A stretch of DNA of 50,734 bases from Thermoflexales bacterium. Lineage in GTDB: Bacteria; Chloroflexota; Anaerolineae; J036; Brachytrichaceae. The notes beneath the pieces are model-generated. The model had not been told where the DNA came from, did not search any database, and saw only the letters and a program-made list of their open reading frames with translations. This document shows positions 25,134 to 32,991 of the stretch, one piece after another. Numbering within the stretch: position 1 is the stretch's first letter; each line of letters opens with the position of its first letter. The translations under genes were made by a program, and so were the position numbers. The stretch is from positions 1 through 50,734 of the forward strand of contig JBBQST010000001.1 in the NCBI GenBank assembly GCA_038213625.1, in the 5' to 3' direction.

Positions 25134-25863
25134 TCAAGCGCCGCATCTCATCGGGCTTGAACCAGAAGTTCTGGAACATCTCGATGATGTAGGGCAAATG
25201 ATGGGCCGGGATGGCGACAAACATTTCTGACGACGCCACCTGATTGAAACCACGGCCGCCGCCCTCACCCAATGCATACACCGTGTTCTGGGTCAGCCAA
25301 GGTGCCGCAAACAATGACGAGCACGAAGATGCACCCAGCTCGCCGTGCGGGAAGGTGCCTTCGCGCACGGACACGGCTCCCGCCAGTTGCATCGCGCGCT
25401 GCACATCACAGATACAACACAACAGATCCAGCGGCACATCCGCCGGTAACGCATCCAGCGGCGCGGCCGCAATCGCGCGAATCGTTCCCACCGGCAGGGT
25501 GTGGCTGGTCTGCTTATTAATTTTGGCTGCAACTGGCGTAAAGAAGCCCTGTGCCATCGTCAAATATTCGCCGTCGCAAATCAAACTTCCCGCATCATCT
25601 TTGGGCAGAAACCCCAGGTGGTATTGACCCACATAGCAGTCATGCGATTGCGCGTTTACATAGACGTGCTTTCCCTGCTCGGCCTGATGCAGGATCGCGC
25701 ACGCCGGAATGCGCACCGAGTCATAGCCGGCCGGCGGCCCATCATCGCAATACGTCACCGCCACCGGCTTGCGCTTCAACTTCATCTTGTTGACCAAAAT
25801 ATCGACGAGCAATTCGCGATCCACCGGCTGCGTAGACAGGGAGCGAAATTCTTGAAGGTTCAT
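25078..25863 (-). CDS. DUF169-family protein
   Basis: ORF track. ...KRKPVAVTYCDDGPPAGYDSVRIPACAILHQAEQGKHVYVNAQSHDCYVGQYHLGF... matches my memory of DUF169/COG2043. Confidence 0.7.
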   Translation of the reverse strand: MNLQEFRSLSTQPVDRELLVDILVNKMKLKRKPVAVTYCDDGPPAGYDSVRIPACAILHQAEQGKHVYVNAQSHDCYVGQYHLGFLPKDDAGSLICDGEYLTMAQGFFTPVAAKINKQTSHTLPVGTIRAIAAAPLDALPADVPLDLLCCICDVQRAMQLAGAVSVREGTFPHGELGASSCSSLFAAPWLTQNTVYALGEGGGRGFNQVASSEMFVAIPAHHLPYIIEMFQNFWFKPDEMRRLIMPSHGQTASDKTEAQPN

Positions 25864-25871
25864 TATTTAGT

Positions 25872-25906
25872 GACTCAAGACTCTTGACTCTTGACTCAAG
25901 ATTCAG
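25872..25906. repeat. heptamer tandem array GACTCWW x5 filling an intra-operon gap
   Basis: Units are gactcaa, gactctt, gactctt, gactcaa, gattcag (25872..25906). The array lies between the ICMT-like stop (25907) and the DUF169 start (25863). It contains the local palindromes tcaagaCtcttga and tcttgaCtcaaga. Confidence 0.8.
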
Positions 25907-26512
25907 CTACACCACAAACGGCACAAACCGCTTCGTGCGTGCCATATAACTTTTGTATTCGTCGCCCAATTCACGCACTAGCAAACGCTCTTCAAGCGGT
26001 ATGCGCATGACGTAGGCCGCAATCAGCACGCCACCGGCAATCAGCGCGCCTAACCAGGTCGAGAGCGCCAGCCCAATCCCAATGGCACTGAGCGTGCCGC
26101 CGGTATAACCAGGGTGGCGAATCCATTGGTACGGGCCGCTGGTGATGACGCGATGGCCTTGTTGCACCGCCGCCTCACCCACATACAGCCGGCCCATTTG
26201 CAACTGCGCCCACAAGCGTAACAGCCGGCCACCCACAATGAGCAAAAATCCCAGCACCACGCACACGCCGCGAAACTCGCCGCGTACCACACCGAGCTTG
26301 GCAAAGCCAAAAATCAACGGCACCAACAAACTCACCGGTATGGCAACGGCCAGCGGTAGAAAAGTCTTGCTGCGCTCCCGCACTGCATCCTGCGGCGCGC
26401 GAATCTTGTAGCGCGTCTCCAGCCACATATACAGAAACAGAATGACGCTGAAAGCGATTGCACTGAGCGGCGTATCGAACACGCCAGTGGGGCCAATAAA
26501 ATACTCGTACAT
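25907..26512 (-). CDS. isoprenylcysteine carboxyl methyltransferase (ICMT/PEMT)-family membrane methyltransferase
   Basis: ORF track. Multi-TM with the C-terminal signature ...ITSGPYQWIRHPGYTGG...EERLLVRELGDEY.... Confidence 0.8.
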   Translation of the reverse strand: MYEYFIGPTGVFDTPLSAIAFSVILFLYMWLETRYKIRAPQDAVRERSKTFLPLAVAIPVSLLVPLIFGFAKLGVVRGEFRGVCVVLGFLLIVGGRLLRLWAQLQMGRLYVGEAAVQQGHRVITSGPYQWIRHPGYTGGTLSAIGIGLALSTWLGALIAGGVLIAAYVMRIPLEERLLVRELGDEYKSYMARTKRFVPFVV

Positions 26513-26524
26513 GATGAATCCAGA

Positions 26525-28081
26525 TTAGCCAGCCAATGCCTTCTCAACCACCTCGACCGTCACCTCTTTCAAGTTATTCTTCACCGCATATTGTTCCACG
26601 CCGGTGCGCAATTCGCGGGTGGCGCTGATGCGGCTGAGCCACGGAATGCCTTCGAGGTGCGTCTCCATTTGCTCACGCGCCTCGTCCTTCCACACCAGGT
26701 TGCGCGCCGCAGTCAGCGTGCTGCTCATATCCTTCAGGCCACCGGCATCTTTCACATTGTCAAACGGCAGGAAATTGAACACAACCTCATAGAAGCGATT
26801 CACCATTTCCTGAACGATAAAGATGATGCCGCTATAGCCCATAAACGGCGTGCCCAAGGCGCGGCGCACGGTTGCACCTGGGAATGCCGCAGGGATAAAG
26901 AACGTCGCTTTTGCACCCGCTTCGGTCAAATAGATCTTTTCATTCAAGCTGCCGAACACGAAGCCGGGTTGCTTCTTGTGCAACGTCTCGCGGATGGCGA
27001 TGTTGTCCATGGTGCCGGGCTGATAGGGCCGCGCCGCCGCAAACTGCAACTTCATGCCCAGCTCATCGGCCAGCAATTTCACCAACCCATCGGCATACGT
27101 CTTGCCGGCCACCACCGCAAATTCTGTTGTAGCAAACCAATCGCCCTGTGGGCCGCGCCACAAATCCCACAACGCCGCCAATGTCGTTTTCTTTTCTTTG
27201 GCGATAAAGGCATCGGCCTGCTCCCGCGTGCCCAAAATATTGCCGATTTGTTGAATGAATTCGGTGGTCTCGCGAATGCCCATCGGCGCAAACAAATACG
27301 GCTTGCCCAATTCAACAGCCAGCGCCTCGCCAAACTCGTGGTACATCACGATGTTCAACGCACTATCGGCCAGCCGAGGCGTATCGCTCAGCAACGACTC
27401 AGTCGGATAGACCAGGTTCACTGTGCCGCCGGCCCCTTCGATCAGCCGCTTGATCTCGTGCAAATCTGAGGGCGAGTTGAAGCAGCCCATGGTGGGGCCG
27501 ATGATGTTGACGAGACCGTTGCTGGCGGCTGGCGGCTGGCGGCTGGCGGCTGGATTTTTGCGATACTTCGCGCCAATTGCACCAAATTGTTTCCACAACC
27601 ACACCAGCACGCGCTCGCGGCCTTCGTATTCATCGCCTTCCAGCGATTTACTCCAGAAGAACGGCGTCGGCTGCTCCATGCGGCCCAGCCAGTCGCCATG
27701 ATCACTCGAGATCATCTCGCTCTCCGCCGTGCTGACCACGATGACTTCGCGATCTGGATGAATCTGGCGCAACGCATCGACGGTGCGGCGAACAGCGCCG
27801 GCCGTGCCCGTCATCGTCACCTCTTGCTCGCGCATCACGCTCGGTGTCAGATTCTCGATGTGCGGGATGGCATCGGTGTAATCGGGGACTGCGGTGCCGA
27901 CCAGGTTGAAGCAGCCAATCGGCGCATCGCAAATCACATGCGCATCCGGCATGCAACAAATCGTCCACACCGCCGCCCAATAGCCGCTGGTGCTTTCCAA
28001 ATCGCGTATCAATTGAATCGGCGCATGCTTCTTGCCGCCGGTCGAGACAAACGTTTCTGTATTGAGCTGTGTATCAGACAT
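26525..28081 (-). CDS. bchZ: chlorophyllide a reductase subunit Z
   Basis: ORF track. The N-terminus ...GYWAAVWTICCMPDAHVICDAPIGCFNLVGTAVPDYTDAIP... has the BchZ pattern (GGYWGAVY...V.DGPVGC...YTDA.P) rather than the BchB pattern. Same operon as bchX/bchY. Confidence 0.9.
   Translation of the reverse strand: MSDTQLNTETFVSTGGKKHAPIQLIRDLESTSGYWAAVWTICCMPDAHVICDAPIGCFNLVGTAVPDYTDAIPHIENLTPSVMREQEVTMTGTAGAVRRTVDALRQIHPDREVIVVSTAESEMISSDHGDWLGRMEQPTPFFWSKSLEGDEYEGRERVLVWLWKQFGAIGAKYRKNPAASRQPPAASNGLVNIIGPTMGCFNSPSDLHEIKRLIEGAGGTVNLVYPTESLLSDTPRLADSALNIVMYHEFGEALAVELGKPYLFAPMGIRETTEFIQQIGNILGTREQADAFIAKEKKTTLAALWDLWRGPQGDWFATTEFAVVAGKTYADGLVKLLADELGMKLQFAAARPYQPGTMDNIAIRETLHKKQPGFVFGSLNEKIYLTEAGAKATFFIPAAFPGATVRRALGTPFMGYSGIIFIVQEMVNRFYEVVFNFLPFDNVKDAGGLKDMSSTLTAARNLVWKDEAREQMETHLEGIPWLSRISATRELRTGVEQYAVKNNLKEVTVEVVEKALAG
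27522..27553. repeat. in-frame heptamer array CTGGCGG x4.5 inside bchZ
   Basis: ctggcgg occurs at 27522-28, 29-35, 36-42 and 43-49, then ctgg. It is translated on the minus strand as ...NPAASRQPPAASN.... Confidence 0.85.
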
Positions 28082-28102
28082 AGGTATCCTTTCGTTACTC
28101 CG

Positions 28103-28561
28103 CTAGCGCACAGACAAAACCGCGCACTTGCCATCAAACTTTAGCGTTGCAAGGTCAAAAGACACCCTGGAAATAGCTTGAGGCGCATCATTGAAAGCAG
28201 GATCATTTACGTAGACAACGCCATCATCCATACCCACGACCACAATGGCATGATTGGTGTCTGTCACCCAGTATGGCAAATCCGATGTGCTTACAAAAGC
28301 GATGACTGGAAGACCCATCTGTAACTTTTTGTGCACATCCGATGCCGACAGTTCCTTCAATTCCACACGAACGCCCAATTGTGAAAGCTTTGTGACATTG
28401 TTGGCAGGCGTGCCAAACCACCTGGTCTGGAGCAGTTGTTTGACACGCTCGTAAGTCACATCCTTTCCCAAATAGCGCAAACACATTAGCGCACACGCGG
28501 CTAAGCAATCCGCATCATCCCGCTGCTGCTCGTGCAACACGACGAGCAAGATTTTCTGCAT
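28103..28561 (-). CDS. stand-alone C39-like (papain-fold) cysteine peptidase domain protein
   Basis: ORF track. ...HEQQRDDADCLAACALMCLRYLG... supplies the Gln and catalytic Cys context. ...TNHAIVVVGMDDGVVYVNDP... supplies His and Asn/Asp-Pro. This is the C39/Peptidase_C39_2 layout. Confidence 0.65.
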   Translation of the reverse strand: MQKILLVVLHEQQRDDADCLAACALMCLRYLGKDVTYERVKQLLQTRWFGTPANNVTKLSQLGVRVELKELSASDVHKKLQMGLPVIAFVSTSDLPYWVTDTNHAIVVVGMDDGVVYVNDPAFNDAPQAISRVSFDLATLKFDGKCAVLSVR

Positions 28562-28874
28562 TCCTTTCTATTTCTCTAATCACGTCAGGCAATGTATTTA
28601 ACGCTCCCGAATTAACATCAACCTCGATGTAACCAACCACACCTGCATCGCCAATGGAGGGAAAGGTTAAGTGGATTGGGACGCGCCAGACAAACGACTC
28701 ACCCAGCATCAAGACGGGTTTGCCGCCGTGCATTTGCGAACTTATCTCTCCATGCACATATTTTGAGACATGCCGTTGCGCATCCACATCGGACACATTG
28801 ATTTGCACATCGATTGCAAGACGCAATGACAACAAACCTGAAGCAGGGACAGAAGTTCTCACCAACACATCCAT
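28515..28874 (-). CDS. small protein with PepSY-like C-terminal half, unknown function
   Basis: ORF track. ...GESFVWRVPIHLTFPSIGDAGVVGYIEVDVNSGALN... resembles the PepSY beta-hairpin motif (x-W-x-V...G...v.VDa.tG.v). The ORF overlaps the next gene by 47 nt. Confidence 0.5.
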   Translation of the reverse strand: MDVLVRTSVPASGLLSLRLAIDVQINVSDVDAQRHVSKYVHGEISSQMHGGKPVLMLGESFVWRVPIHLTFPSIGDAGVVGYIEVDVNSGALNTLPDVIREIERNAENLARRVARAAAG

Positions 28875-28898
28875 GACAAAATTTTAATGAAGTCGAAA

Positions 28899-30356
28899 TT
28901 AATCCATCGTGTTCACAGGCTTCACCACACCTTCGGCCTTGGTCCCTTCAAAAAATTCGCGCATCCACTCATAGCGCGGGCTGCGGCCCAACGTATCCTG
29001 GATGAGGCTGATCGTGCCGGCCAACCCCGCGCTCAGGAACAGGGGCCGCACGCTGAGCATGTTGGTGTAATACATGCCAGGGATGCCGCGCTTCTTGGCC
29101 TCGGCGCTGAGCGGCGTCGTACCCAATACCAAATCCGGCGAATACGCATCCAGCGCGCGCGTGTCCTGCTCCAAAGCCTTTTGGTAAATCACTTCTTTGG
29201 TGCCGTGCGCCTTTAACCACGCTTCATCAGACGCGGTGTACAAATTCTTGTTGATCGAGGTGCTGATGTAGGGCACGACCGCACCGGCTTCCACCAGCAG
29301 GCGGGCATAAGTCATCTCATTGCCCTCGTAGCCGCACACATGAATGCGGGGCGCGTCGCCGCGATTGCTTTTAAGCGGCATCGCTGCAATCAGGCTACGG
29401 CACTTGTCGCGCTCTTCAACCGCCACCTGCTCGACCAACTCCTTGTCCAGCTTCAGCGCATTGCCGATGGCTTTGATCCAGGCGTAAGTGCCTTCCGGTC
29501 CCACCGGCGCACCCGAAATAATGGGCACACCCGCTGCACGCAAAGTGGCCACTGTAGCGTTGTAGAACGGATGCACGGCCGCAATTGCGCCGACCTTGCC
29601 GGCTAGCTTGTAATCATCCAAATTGCGCGAAGGCAGATTCGCCGCCAGGCCGCTGCCAATCTTTTTCAAGATCGCATCCACGGTCAATGGGTCAGCGGGA
29701 AAGACCTCGCCGAGCATGATGACTTTCTTCTTCAGTTCATCTTTATCAGCGTCAGCATCGCTGCCATCAAACGTCAACGGCTTCTCCACACCATCGGCCG
29801 TTAGCTCCACCGTATCCTTCTTTCGTGGCACAAACTTTTTCAGCAGCGCATTAATGGCCACATCCTTGGCCTCGGGGTGCGAGTGAATGGCGTAGGCCGG
29901 CACGCGCACCAGAATTGTGTCGATGCCGTTCACTTGCGCTGGAATCATTTCCTCGCTGAGCCCAGCCGTCTCGGCCACGCACAGGCTGATCGCGGCGATA
30001 AGCTTGGTGCCTGGCATCTTGCTCGCCTCTTGAATGCTGGCGATGGCGGCCTCGGCCACATTGCCCGCCACCAATTCTTTGGTGCCGATGGCCGGCGCGG
30101 CAATGCTCTTGCGGCTGGCATAAAAGTGAGTCACGAACGTCAGGCCATACAGACAGCCGGTGTCGGTCACCATCGCCGTTTGCACGCCGTCGATTCGCGT
30201 CAGCACTCGCAAGCTGCCAAAAGCCGGGCACATCGTCTGCGGCGTCAGATTATGGTCGGGGCTGACCGATAAGCCTTCGTGCTTAGTCACAGGCTTACCC
30301 TTGGTTTCGATGATGTCGAAGGTGATGAGATTCCCTTCGGGAACAGTTAGGGACAT
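28899..30356 (-). CDS. bchY: chlorophyllide a reductase subunit Y
   Basis: ORF track. ...PQTMCPAFGSLRVLTRI...TGCLYGLTFVTHFYASRKS... matches the BchY signature (QSMCPAFGSLRV...C.YGLTF.SHFYGARR). Confidence 0.9.
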   Translation of the reverse strand: MSLTVPEGNLITFDIIETKGKPVTKHEGLSVSPDHNLTPQTMCPAFGSLRVLTRIDGVQTAMVTDTGCLYGLTFVTHFYASRKSIAAPAIGTKELVAGNVAEAAIASIQEASKMPGTKLIAAISLCVAETAGLSEEMIPAQVNGIDTILVRVPAYAIHSHPEAKDVAINALLKKFVPRKKDTVELTADGVEKPLTFDGSDADADKDELKKKVIMLGEVFPADPLTVDAILKKIGSGLAANLPSRNLDDYKLAGKVGAIAAVHPFYNATVATLRAAGVPIISGAPVGPEGTYAWIKAIGNALKLDKELVEQVAVEERDKCRSLIAAMPLKSNRGDAPRIHVCGYEGNEMTYARLLVEAGAVVPYISTSINKNLYTASDEAWLKAHGTKEVIYQKALEQDTRALDAYSPDLVLGTTPLSAEAKKRGIPGMYYTNMLSVRPLFLSAGLAGTISLIQDTLGRSPRYEWMREFFEGTKAEGVVKPVNTMD

Positions 30357-30372
30357 GGGTGATTCTCCGGAA

Positions 30373-30471
30373 GGGGAGTAGCGAGTAATCAGTAGTCAGT
30401 AGTTAGTAGTCAGAAATGAACTTAGTCGAGTTTTCATCTGACTACTGACTACTGACTACTCGCTACTCCCC
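30373..30471. repeat. heptamer-periodic (NAGTAGT) hairpin element between bchX and bchY
   Basis: Left arm ggggagtagcgagtaatcagtagtcagtagttagtagtcaga (30373..30414), right arm tctgactactgactactgactactcgctactcccc (30437..30471). The fold is an 11-bp outer stem, a 7-nt bulge, and a 24-bp inner stem with one T:G. Confidence 0.85.
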
Positions 30472-30474
30472 GCT

Positions 30475-31641
30475 CTACTCGTAGTACGGCGCAGCCGTAA
30501 ATCGCAAATCCGCCATCTTGAAGGTTTCGCCGCTATGAGACAGGGCCGACAAAATCGCGATCTTGCTGTCCATCTCGTCGCGCGGGTCGCCGAAGATGGC
30601 GTCCCAGCCGGTATCTGTTGTGACGACGACGCCGCGCTCCGGCTCTTCGACCAATCGCGTCACCGTCAGGCCCATCTCTTGCATGATGCGGCGCACGACC
30701 AGTTTGCTGTCTTCGCTGTACTCGGCGCTATTCAAATCGATACTCTGTGCGGCCAGCGTGGTGTGGCCCATCAGATCGTCCATGCTGGCACCGATCGGCA
30801 AGCCTGGCGGCTCTGATGCGCCAAAAACATCGAGGAATTCGTCGTACTCCAGCGGCGTCACTTTGTCGGGCACGGTGTAATCGCGGCGGTGAATCTTGTT
30901 CACAAATTGATCGAACAACGAATCCATCTCCGGCAAATCGAACAGGAGTTTGCAGCGGTCGCTCAGCGCGCGCGCGGTTGGATTAAACGGCACCTTCACC
31001 AAAATCGGCAGGCCCACCCGCTCGGCAAATTTCTCGGCCACGCCGCTGCCGTCATCGCGGTTCAACACCATGCCAATCACGCGGGTCTTGCCGCCCATGC
31101 TCTGGAAGTAGCTAACGGCGCGGGCGATGTTATTGGCTGCATACAAACTCATCCGGTCGTGGCTGGCGATGATCACGATCTCCTCGGCCAGGCTCTTGGC
31201 AATCGGGGTGGCAAAGCCGCCGCACACCACATCGCCCAGGAAATCCATGACGATGTAATCGAGCGCCCAATCGGCCATGCCGCGCTCTTCGAGCAGACCA
31301 AAGCCAAAGCTGATGCCGCGCCCGCCGCAGCCGCGGCCCACTTCGGGGCCGCCCAATTCGGCACCATACACGCGGGCCTTGTTATCCAGCTCGGTCTTAA
31401 AAATCAAATGCTCAACGCCGAGTTCCTTCTCGCGGTTGGCGTCCTTCATCATGCGCCATTGGTCGCCGATGGTGGGCAGACCACGGCCATCAAACAACGC
31501 ATTACACGAATCGTGTTTAGGGTCACACCCCAATTGCAACACGCGCAATCCCTTCAGCGCCATCTTCGCGCTCAGGTTCGCCGTGAAGAAACTTTTGCCA
31601 ATGCCGCCTTTTCCATAAATTGCAATCATTCTTGGGGACAT
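30475..31641 (-). CDS. bchX: chlorophyllide a reductase iron protein subunit X
   Basis: ORF track 30475..31662(-). I moved the start to ATG 31641 (MSPRMIAIYGKGGIGKS...), 6 nt after GGAGG. NifH/BchL/BchX P-loop, ...GGPEVGRGCGGRG..., ...DFLGDVVCGGF.... Called X because it sits beside bchY/bchZ. Confidence 0.9.
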   Translation of the reverse strand: MSPRMIAIYGKGGIGKSFFTANLSAKMALKGLRVLQLGCDPKHDSCNALFDGRGLPTIGDQWRMMKDANREKELGVEHLIFKTELDNKARVYGAELGGPEVGRGCGGRGISFGFGLLEERGMADWALDYIVMDFLGDVVCGGFATPIAKSLAEEIVIIASHDRMSLYAANNIARAVSYFQSMGGKTRVIGMVLNRDDGSGVAEKFAERVGLPILVKVPFNPTARALSDRCKLLFDLPEMDSLFDQFVNKIHRRDYTVPDKVTPLEYDEFLDVFGASEPPGLPIGASMDDLMGHTTLAAQSIDLNSAEYSEDSKLVVRRIMQEMGLTVTRLVEEPERGVVVTTDTGWDAIFGDPRDEMDSKIAILSALSHSGETFKMADLRFTAAPYYE

Positions 31642-31690
31642 ATAAAACCTCCACAAACACACATCATTTGCAACGCGTTGGGGTTTGCTG

Positions 31691-32671
31691 TTATTGAGCC
31701 GGCCATTCCAACACCATCTTCAAGCAATTCACATCGTTAAATGCCACATCGAACGCCTGTGACGCATCCTCGGCCTTCATACGATGTGTCACCAGATCAT
31801 CGACATTGAGCGCCTTGTCGCGTATCAGGTCGCGTGCAGCGGCCAGATCGCCCGGGGCCCACTGCATGCTGCTGACCAATGTCAATTCTTTTAGAAATAC
31901 GGGTTGATAGGGCAGGTTGATGCAGTCGTAATAACCCAACAACACGACCCGGCCGCCGCGCCCCATGCGCATCAACCACGGCGAGATCGCCTCCATCTTG
32001 CCAGTCGCATCAATCAGCACATCCACACCTTTTATTGCAGCAAATTCAGCTCCAGAAAGCTGCAAATCCGATGCTGTATTCAGTATGGCATCGGCCTTGG
32101 AATAATGCAAACGCGCGTCTTCTTTATCCGTCACAATGAGCTTGAGCGCCTTGTTTCCACGTGCTTTTACGATGCGCGCCGCAAGCTGGCCCACGATGCC
32201 CTGACCAAGTATGACCACCGTTTTTGGCGCGTCCGACGCCACCAGCCCAGCCTGATTCACGCCATGCAGCGCCGTCGCCGCCAATGCCAGCAACACGCCT
32301 TGTTCCGGCGTCAACGTCTGCAAATCAGTCAGGTGCGTTTTCGGCGCAACGATGTATTCGCTCTGTCCGCCAAATGCTGGATTCACGCCGAGGAAGCCGT
32401 AATTGCCGCCGACATAGACTCGCTTGCCCAACCATTCATCTGCGTTGTCACCGGCCTCAATCACCTCACCCACCGTCTCATATCCCGGCACCACCGGAAA
32501 TTGCAACATTGGGTGCGGCATCACCCCTTTCAACAACATGCGCTCGGTACCGGCGCTAATACTGGTCAACTGTGTCCTAATCAGCACATCATCTGCGCCG
32601 ATGGGTTTCAGCTCAACATCCTGCATCTCAATCGTGTTCGCCGCAGGAATCACAATAGCCTTTGTTCTCAT
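31691..32671 (-). CDS. bchC: 3-hydroxyethyl bacteriochlorophyllide a dehydrogenase (MDR family)
   Basis: ORF track. ...LTSISAGTERMLLKGVMPHPMLQFPVVPGYETVGEVIEAG... matches the BchC pattern (SGISTGTE..L..GRMP.FPG..YPLVPGYE.VG). Confidence 0.85.
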   Translation of the reverse strand: MRTKAIVIPAANTIEMQDVELKPIGADDVLIRTQLTSISAGTERMLLKGVMPHPMLQFPVVPGYETVGEVIEAGDNADEWLGKRVYVGGNYGFLGVNPAFGGQSEYIVAPKTHLTDLQTLTPEQGVLLALAATALHGVNQAGLVASDAPKTVVILGQGIVGQLAARIVKARGNKALKLIVTDKEDARLHYSKADAILNTASDLQLSGAEFAAIKGVDVLIDATGKMEAISPWLMRMGRGGRVVLLGYYDCINLPYQPVFLKELTLVSSMQWAPGDLAAARDLIRDKALNVDDLVTHRMKAEDASQAFDVAFNDVNCLKMVLEWPAQ

Positions 32672-32823
32672 AAAAACAATTTGTCAAATTCAATGCACGA
32701 CTAATCGGATTTTTAGACAGAATGAACAGAATTTAACAGAATGAAGACACTTCCCCATTCTGTTAAATTCTGTCTAAAATCCCCGACCGATCAATCAATT
32801 ACACAAAGAATTGGATGGTTAAG

Positions 32824-32991
32824 TCACTGCCCCAACCACGACATCACCATTCCAATCTCAAAAATGATCACTGCCGGCACGCCAATGATGACCGCGATCA
32901 TCACCAGCCGGCACACCGACAACCCCGCCTGTGGCGCATTCACCTTTTTGCTCTCAGCCGAATACGAACGAGACATCTGTTTTGCAATCAT
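32824..32991 (-). CDS. unannotated 55-aa single-TM protein, translationally coupled (ATGA) to the upstream ORF
   Basis: Hand translation: MIAKQMSRSYSAESKKVNAPQAGLSVCRLVMIAVIIGVPAVIIFEIGMVMSWLGQ. GGAAGGA lies upstream. The ATG overlaps the TGA of 32988..33305. Confidence 0.4.
   Translation of the reverse strand: MIAKQMSRSYSAESKKVNAPQAGLSVCRLVMIAVIIGVPAVIIFEIGMVMSWLGQ

Noticed and set aside
26525-31641. Assignment of the nitrogenase-like genes as DPOR (bchL/bchN/bchB)
   Set aside because: The sequence signatures match COR. QTMCPAFGSLRV...YGLTF.THFY is BchY-type and GYWAAVW...DAPIGC...YTDAIP is BchZ-type. The genes lie beside bchC and bchF, so they are called bchX/Y/Z.
26591-32704. Large plus-strand ORFs 26591..27469, 27587..28144, 30889..31740, 31904..32704
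   Set aside because: They are antisense to bchZ, bchX and bchC, with His/Arg/Gln-rich low-complexity translations and no RBS or domain evidence.
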